DNA of 57,397 nt, counting the filler, from Sphacelaria rigidula (Eukaryota), in assembly GCA_964200075.2 (NCBI GenBank). It is 3 parts of 3 records of this genome, joined end to end, with 100 filler letters (N's around TTAATTAATTAA, not from the genome) between each part and the next. Parts side by side here need not be neighbours in the genome. Positions count along the whole stretch, not along the records: positions 38,335 to 57,397 come from CAXNAA020000738.1; 2 more parts are not named here. The stretch is one strand, 5' to 3'. Below, piece by piece: positions 50,801 to 57,397 of this stretch; the stretch's first letter is position 1, and each line of letters starts with the position of its first letter. Below the pieces are notes generated by a model. It ran no database searches. It had not been told where the DNA came from and was given only the letters and a program-made list of their open reading frames with translations. A program made the translations under genes and the position numbers.

Positions 50801-53800
50801 TCTCGTTGAAACTGCTAGGGCTGGTGCCGGACAGCCGGTGGGGTATCGACAGTGCCGGGAGCGCTAGCGGGGTCAACAGCGCCGTCGGAATTAACGGGTC
50901 CACGGCGCGCGAGCTTACCGATGAGGACGAAGTTCTGCAGCAACTTCAGGTGTGGAGGGCGAGAGTAACGATGGGCGTTCGGGGGTGTTTGAGCTCACTC
51001 TACTATGACAGAATCGTGTGCGTGAAAGCGTGGATCCTCAGTGACTCTGCCTGTTGTAACGAGGGCTGGGGAGGGGGGGGGGCGGCGGGGGGTGACGCTT
51101 CAGTGTGCAGACCAGATATGGCGTGCCCCCGGGACCAAGGATTTTCAACACAGGGAGTACGCCTTCGACGTTTCTTGATAGAGCACATGGCCTAACTGCA
51201 GACAAGTAGGAACCACACGAGAGTTAGGTGTATCATTGCGGAATGCTCAAGTGTCAGAAGTAGTCCAGACGTCTGGGTCACTGACGGCAACAAATCTGTG
51301 TTGAGGGGGCTTTGATGCAGTAGGCTTGGAGGTGAGTCAAGGACTGATTCGTTTTGTCGCTGCTCTCGCTGTCACGTGCGCATATCGTTAACCCTTGTAG
51401 ACTCGCTCGTGCGGGAGGGAAGTAACTGCCCTGCACGGTATGGGCAAGGCTGCGGTTGTAGGGTGGCAACGTCAAACTATACCGCGGTTGCCGATGGCCC
51501 CGCTCTGCGACGCGATATCAGAGCAGTGTGCCAGGACGACACCTGTCCCGCGGTTCTCTATCCAATTCCGTAGAATAGAAATCTGATCCCTTCGCGAACC
51601 CTTCGAGTACCTGTAGAACAACGTGTGAGCCTGTTTTAAGGTGAATACTGATGCCGAGTCAAAAGGGGAGCACATATGGGCTCCCTAGGGGTCAAATTCG
51701 TGCTCATTATTTTCAAGGCTGAGCTATGCATCTCCTGCCTGCTAGCTGTACACACTTGACTGAGATACCACTCACGTGTTCCCACCTAAAGGGATTTTCC
51801 CCCTTCTATTCCTTGGTAAACATTGATGGATTGTAGTCTCCGGCAGTATATGTTAATTTTTGCATGGATAAAGGAGCTAGCTATTTAGGCCTGGCATCAA
51901 CTCGTTGAGCGCCCAAGGCTTTCTTTCCTTTCCAAAAAGCCGGTCTGACAGTTGTGCGGAGATTTGGAGTATGACAAATGCTTGTGTCGTGTGTCTTGTA
52001 TGGCCCCTGGGTGCTGAGTCAAGTAAGTGTAACTCTTTCAGGGGTGTGCCACGTGTAGCATCCCATGTTCACGGTTGATCGGGCAGGTTGTAGTTTTGAA
52101 GGCACATGTTACCACTCCCAATTGTATCTACAGAAGGCTCCTCCAACACGATGGCCGTATCCGCAACACCTGCGCACTCCGCGGAGTTACCTGCACTGTA
52201 GTCTGTACTGTATTGTACTGTACTGTATCAAATATGACACGGGTATGTGCGCAGCAACGCCTCTGCGGGCCAAGACTCTCCTGTTTCTCTGTAGGCGTTG
52301 GCGTCTGTCATCCAAACAGCTGTTCCAACCCTACCCCCAAATTGAGCCACCCCAACAAAAGGCCACCTGCACGACTGAGCGCTGTAGGGGATTAACGATA
52401 CAATGTCAAACGTGTTTCAAAAGTATGTATATACCCTCTCCGTCATTCAATTGTGTCTCTGAACTGTAGCGTGAGCTCATGCCTTTGATGTCCCCCCCTT
52501 CGTGCCCCCTCGTGCCCCCTCGTGCCCGCTACTTCCTACCTTTGTGCCGCCGCCGAGAACAGGTTCTGTTCGCGTCCTTGCGCATATCCCAGAGGAAGTT
52601 CTACGATACCAAGCCTTTCTGTGCCGTGTTTAAGGTGACAAATGGGGAGGGGTATGTTCGGTGTTCCCTTCGTTCGCCGGAGAGTTTCAAAGGCAGTGAT
52701 GGTCCGTGAAGTGGTCTCTAGCCCCCCCCCCCCTCCCCCGCCCCTCGCGGCGTCTATGGCGGCGGCGTCGGTTGGCAGTGACGCTGTGAAATATGCCACT
52801 CACTGCGTAAGCTAGGCACCCAGGTTACAGATTTTTTTGCGCGCTTGTTTTTTTCTTTGCGGTAGCCATGACGGTGGTCGAGCTAGATCATGTTGTGCGG
52901 TGTTGAAGGACCTCTATTCCCCGCGAAGGGGATGATCATCAGACGTAGGGTTCAAATGGTGAGACACGTATGAGGCAGTGTGTAAGCCGTGGCTGTCCCT
53001 GGAAGTGGCGATACCAGATAATGAAGCAACTCATTGGAGGCTGCCATTCGAATGCAAAATAATCAGTACACTTCGCGCCGAACAATGTCAGCAGGATGCA
53101 GTTCACCTTCCATGCGAGTCGCCGAACACATCACGGTGCTTGGCGCTTGGTGATTGGTCGCGAGCCAGGTCCGGCGAAAACCCCGCGTGCTCCGTCCTTG
53201 CTTTGTAGGGATGACAGACCAACGGTCGTATGACTACGGCATGGAAGGTCATGAATACCTCCCCCCCCCCGCCCCCCCACGGGATGAGCTACCGTTGCCT
53301 AATAGAGCGTGACTGTGAAGTCGGCGTGGCAACACCCGAGATGTCTACGGCCGGTGTAGATCAAACCCGGAAATATGTTTATTTGTCAATGGGGGTATCT
53401 GTGTACCTGGACATGTACGTGGCACTGTCCCGTGTGCATTTTTTCTCTCTTTTCTAAGTTCTTGCGGAAGAAATATTTTCCGTTTTTCGAGGTAACGAGT
53501 TGGCATGGCTTGCATTTGTGTATTGTTGTTTGTGTGCCACTTGAGCCTTGAGCCTGTCTTTTTCGATGCTTTTTTTTTTGTTGATCCGTGATCAGCGCAT
53601 GTGTGACTGCATCTAGGTTACTCTTTGTGTACGTGTCATTCGCGTCATGCAGCAATGCAACGGCTGTTGCAGTGTCATCGAACACACGTACACGCACCCC
53701 TCCCTCCCCTTTTTTCTCCTGCGGGTGCGTTCCCCGCAGAGTGTGTTTTCGATGTCAGCCGTGAACTGGCTAAATCGAAGTGTTGACGGTCGTCAACCCA

Positions 53801-55410
53801 AAGAATATGTACGCTCGAACGTTGATGTATGAAAAAGATGAAGGGCAAATGGGATGCCTCGGCGCCTGTGTGTTGAAACCGAGAGGTGGAGATTTTATCA
53901 GAATCAGGCAAAAACGATTCCTCTCGGCGGAGAGTTTTATTGCATGCCGTGTACAGAAGCTGCGGCCTCTCAGCTGCTGTGTATTCCCGTCGCCCTCGCC
54001 GCCCGGCCCCCGGCTGTCGTGTACGTTTTTTTTTTTTTCTTGTGGTGCGATGGGATGTGTGGATCAGGACTACGATGGACAGCCGTTACGACACGCCGAG
54101 CAGAAAGACGTGAACGAGTTTTGCACACATCTTATGCACAAGCTGGAGAGCAGCAGCAAAGAAGCGGGCGCCCTCATTCAGTCCGTCTTCGGGGGCACCC
54201 TCGCCTATCAGATAATATCCAGGTGCATCATTGTCATGTTCGTATTTTGTTTTTCGCGAGTGTCGTATTCCATTTTCTATTTATGAGCTTCCTGTGTTAG
54301 GATTCCATGTTTTTGTCAGTATCGTCTTCAATGGTCGATTTAGATCAGATTCAATCGTGTATCAGATCAGATCAGATCCGGTTGGGTGAGATAATCTACG
54401 ATGAATGTTTTGTGAAGTTCTCGATCAGACGTATGCCTGATTTGAGTATAGTGTGCGCGAGGGTAATCGTTTTGGATTTACTGGTCGGAGATGTTACATG
54501 CATAAGCGTGTTCATTCCCCTTGAGGGTAGCTAAAAACACAGGTGAAAAAACCGAGTTATGTCTCCTTTTTTAGCACCTTGGCCTGACCATTTTACGGTT
54601 TGTGGTGACATGATCACGAGAACACAGCCACAAGAAAGCTTTATGGCTGATGGCTCTCCCGTTCAGTACTCGCAAGCTGCAATAGCTTTGACTTCTGATC
54701 AAGCATCGTTTTGTCGGCTGGCCACAGACATGTCTCGTGTTCGAGTGTGATGTGTGGTATCCATCGACGACCCTCGTACTCTCGCCTCTATCGCTGCGCA
54801 GGGATTGCGAGCATACGTCGGAGAGGACAGAGCCATTCCTCGTTCTCACTGCGGAAGTTCAGGTGTGTTGTAGGGGGGATCAAACTCTGCTGCGCGGGGC
54901 GGGGGCAGTAAGCCTGAAAATGTCGAACCTTACGAGCACGTCAAAGATATCATCTATGGTACGGTTAGGGGTCAAGCGCTGTCGGGGGCCTGGCTGACTA
55001 GAAAAAAACAAATATATTCTTGGCGGGGACTGCCAGCCCGATCATGCAATTTCGAACAATTGTTGCCCTGGATCGATTATATTTTGATGGTGAATAATAA
55101 CAATAACACCATCTACTTTGTTGGATGGGGGGGGGGGGTCTGCACTCCTCGGCGTAGGCGCGTCCCTGATCGCTGATGATGTTATAGTATCACGGTATTT
55201 TTTCTCTCCCCTGTTTTCATTCGTCGACACAATGTGCCTTTTGTTGTGTGTACGCCTTGGAGTTCTGATATTGGAGTGTTTCGGCTGCTGTCATCACTTA
55301 GCCACCAGATATCGTTCATACACGCCGCTTGCCCGACTGTCGCGCCCGACCAGGACAAGGACTCGCTCGAAAGCAGTTTGCAGCTGCTGGTAGCGGGGGA
55401 AATGCTGACG
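41801..55410 (+). CDS. Large ubiquitin-specific protease (peptidase C19), USP9X/USP24/USP34-like, with Tudor-like and ubiquitin-like domains; partial at both ends
   Basis: Exons 41801-42437 (acceptor inferred), 42713-49380, 49699-50524, 50746-50949, 52563-52634, 54068-54222, 54802-54862 and 55354-55410, with compatible phases. The Cys box GHVGLQNQ|GATCYMNSLLQQL is split by an intron, followed by EQKDVNEF, VFGGTL, CEHTSERTEPF and SLESSLQLLVAGEMLT. N-terminal SLERRLGGL and MHMELAKRS motifs are typical of this USP group. The His box is not seen and presumably lies beyond the window. Confidence 0.92.
42713..49380 (+). CDS. Giant 6,668-nt coding exon of the USP gene
   Basis: Uninterrupted ORF (track ORF 42740-49384, 2214 aa) bounded by acag|ATC and TTCAA|gtgagc. 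It contains the second half of a Tudor-like domain, predicted helical segments, and a UBL-like segment near 46030-46205 (LEIRLPGSTTLGSLRYEVARHFRVPPEYLEL). Confidence 0.9.
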
Positions 55411-56508
55411 GTAAGTCGTTGGGTCTCGAGGGGAGGAAGGGCTACCGGGGCTCATTCACCGTCTACCGTGCTGTTGCCTGGTACTGTAATGTAATGGGAA
55501 ATGTAGTGCAGGACAAGATTTCACCGACGATGATCCTCTCGTTGCTGTGTACTGTACTGTGGCTTGAACTGTGATGTGAGGGGCATGTACAGTAGACAGC
55601 ATCGTTTCCGGAGACGACAGTCGGGATACATTACAAGCTGGTCCAGCCTAGAGGCGGCTTTCAGCTCTTAAAGTAATACCTCATCGACATGGACGAGTTG
55701 GGCCGTGATCGGCATATGGTATTGATCGTCTAGTCTCTGGAAAAACGCTCATCTGCTCAAACATCTGGGCCATTTTTTTATCGTTAACTAAACGCCGATG
55801 TCGAGTAATTCCTATACCGTACGGAGTTGGGTTCCATACTACAGTCTAGATGAAACCGCGGACGATATATGTAGTTGATGATGACGATTTTTGGTGTGGA
55901 CATTTCCTGGAGCACGGGGAAACGATCGATTCCTTCATCTTCACGTCACTCGTTATCCATCTAATGATGTGGCGCGCATCATATTCCACACTATCAATAT
56001 ATTATCAGCAGAGGCACTAAATGCACTGAATCTGGATTTCGCGTCTCAGGTTTTGAGAGTTGTGCTTTGAAATTCGATATGGAGAATCGCTAGGGCGCAA
56101 CGAAGACAAATTCAACCTTTTGATATTTTTCTCCGTTTTTTTCCGTTCTTCAAAGGCGCTGTAAGGAAAAATGGACACTGTTCTTGGCTCTTATCTCAGT
56201 TTTTCAGCTTAGTTTGTTTTAACCTGGTTCAAAAGTTAGCATGGCGAATCGCAGAAGCATGCCGAAAATAAGAAGTGGGCCCTATATTGTTTCGGAGAAT
56301 GAGGGCGTTCTCGTGAAAAAAATGGTCTTCACTATACTGAAACGTCCTGAACTCTTGCAAAGACGAAGTAATCAACCTGTGCCATTGTTTTTGGTTTGTT
56401 AGGCGCTAGCGAGATCCCACACAAAATTTCAGAGCACAAGTACCAAACCTGGGCCGGTAAATGGTCTGCAAAATATTGTTACGAATTCGACCGGCCGGTT
56501 TCTAAATA

Positions 56509-56781
56509 GCCCCGCCTCACCCCAATTTTGAGAGTTGGACCTTAATTTTGGTACGGAAAATGAATGGGGCAACAACACATATACATAATATACATACATT
56601 CGGGGGAAGGATGTTTTTTGATGAGGTAAGGGACATTTTACTGAAAACTCGATACTGATTATTGCCTGTAAACTCATGAGAAAAAAAATCTCGTCATCTC
56701 GGTTTTTTTATTCTTTATTATCCCCCTTCATTCTCCGTACCAAATTTCAAAGTCCAATTCAAAGTTGAGGTGAGGCGGGGC
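56509..56781. mobile_element. MITE-like element (about 273 bp) in a USP intron
   Basis: About 60-bp imperfect TIRs (GCCCCGCCTCAC...GGTACGGA.AATGAA.GGGG) at 56509-56569 and 56723-56781, with an AT-rich interior. Confidence 0.7.
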
Positions 56782-57397
56782 CTGCAACTTGCAATTCCGC
56801 TTCGAGGCTGGACCAGCTCGTCGCGTCAAAGATCTGGTATCACTTACGACTGGCATCTTACCGCGATGTACCGTGTAGCTGCTATATGACCTTGAAGCTA
56901 CGATTTCGTCTCGACGATGTCACGGGGAGGGGATAGGAAGTAGGGAGGGGTTCAAGTGTAAAGGAAAAAAAACGAAATTACGCGGGCGGCGAGAGACGCA
57001 GTCTTTCTCGAAAAGTGTTGCAGGCCACACAGCCCTAATATTAATCTGAGCACGAAGTCGTCAGGATTTGCGGTACTCATTGAGGCACATTCAACCGCTT
57101 CCCGAAGGATCCAGCCATGGTCGTGAGACAGTGAGATCGTGAGATAATTGGTTCCAAGGTGAAAATGCTCCGTATATCTCGGACCGCGGACGGTGCAGTC
57201 GCCGGCTATCGCGGGACTGCAATGTATGTGGGAGTCTCGTGCGGGAGGTACCCGGTTGCCCCGTATCCGATGTGTTGTATTTTTCATGATTGGAAGGTCT
57301 GAGATACTTTGTCATTTGGATTTTTGTTCGGGGGGGGGGAGGGGGGGGGGGGGGATGGGGGGGGGGGCCCTTTCCCCCCCCCTTCTCCTCATCTATT

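Noticed and set aside
57329..57382. Poly-G/poly-C tracts (also about 24088-24121, 19008-19030 and 8844-8865) as functional G-quadruplexes
   Set aside because: Such homopolymers are common throughout these introns and error-prone in sequencing; there is no specific evidence of function.

Overview
Intron-rich eukaryotic DNA, most likely from a photosynthetic stramenopile such as a brown alga (inferred from an LHC with a bipartite SAF plastid presequence and from intron style). It consists of three contigs joined by two artificial 100-bp gaps (N44-TTAATTAATTAA-N44). Four spliced genes could be reconstructed by hand with phase-consistent junctions: (1) a 5'-partial Pin1-type parvulin with a CCCH zinc finger, whose last intron is a 7-kb GC-AG intron; (2) a complete 209-aa light-harvesting complex protein; (3) a 5'-partial DHHC palmitoyltransferase on the minus strand; (4) a very large USP9X/USP24/USP34-like deubiquitinase with Tudor-like and ubiquitin-like domains and a 6.7-kb exon, partial at both ends. 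The remainder is mostly decayed repeat-like DNA: a 3.2-kb element with 70-bp TIRs, MITE-like inverted repeats, a 106-bp-arm foldback, an (AAC)n-tailed retroelement end, and heavily decayed segments with tyrosine-recombinase-like motifs. Those segments are the most speculative candidate for a novel mobile system. Most ORFs in the supplied track are spurious. All calls are by eye, with no database search.
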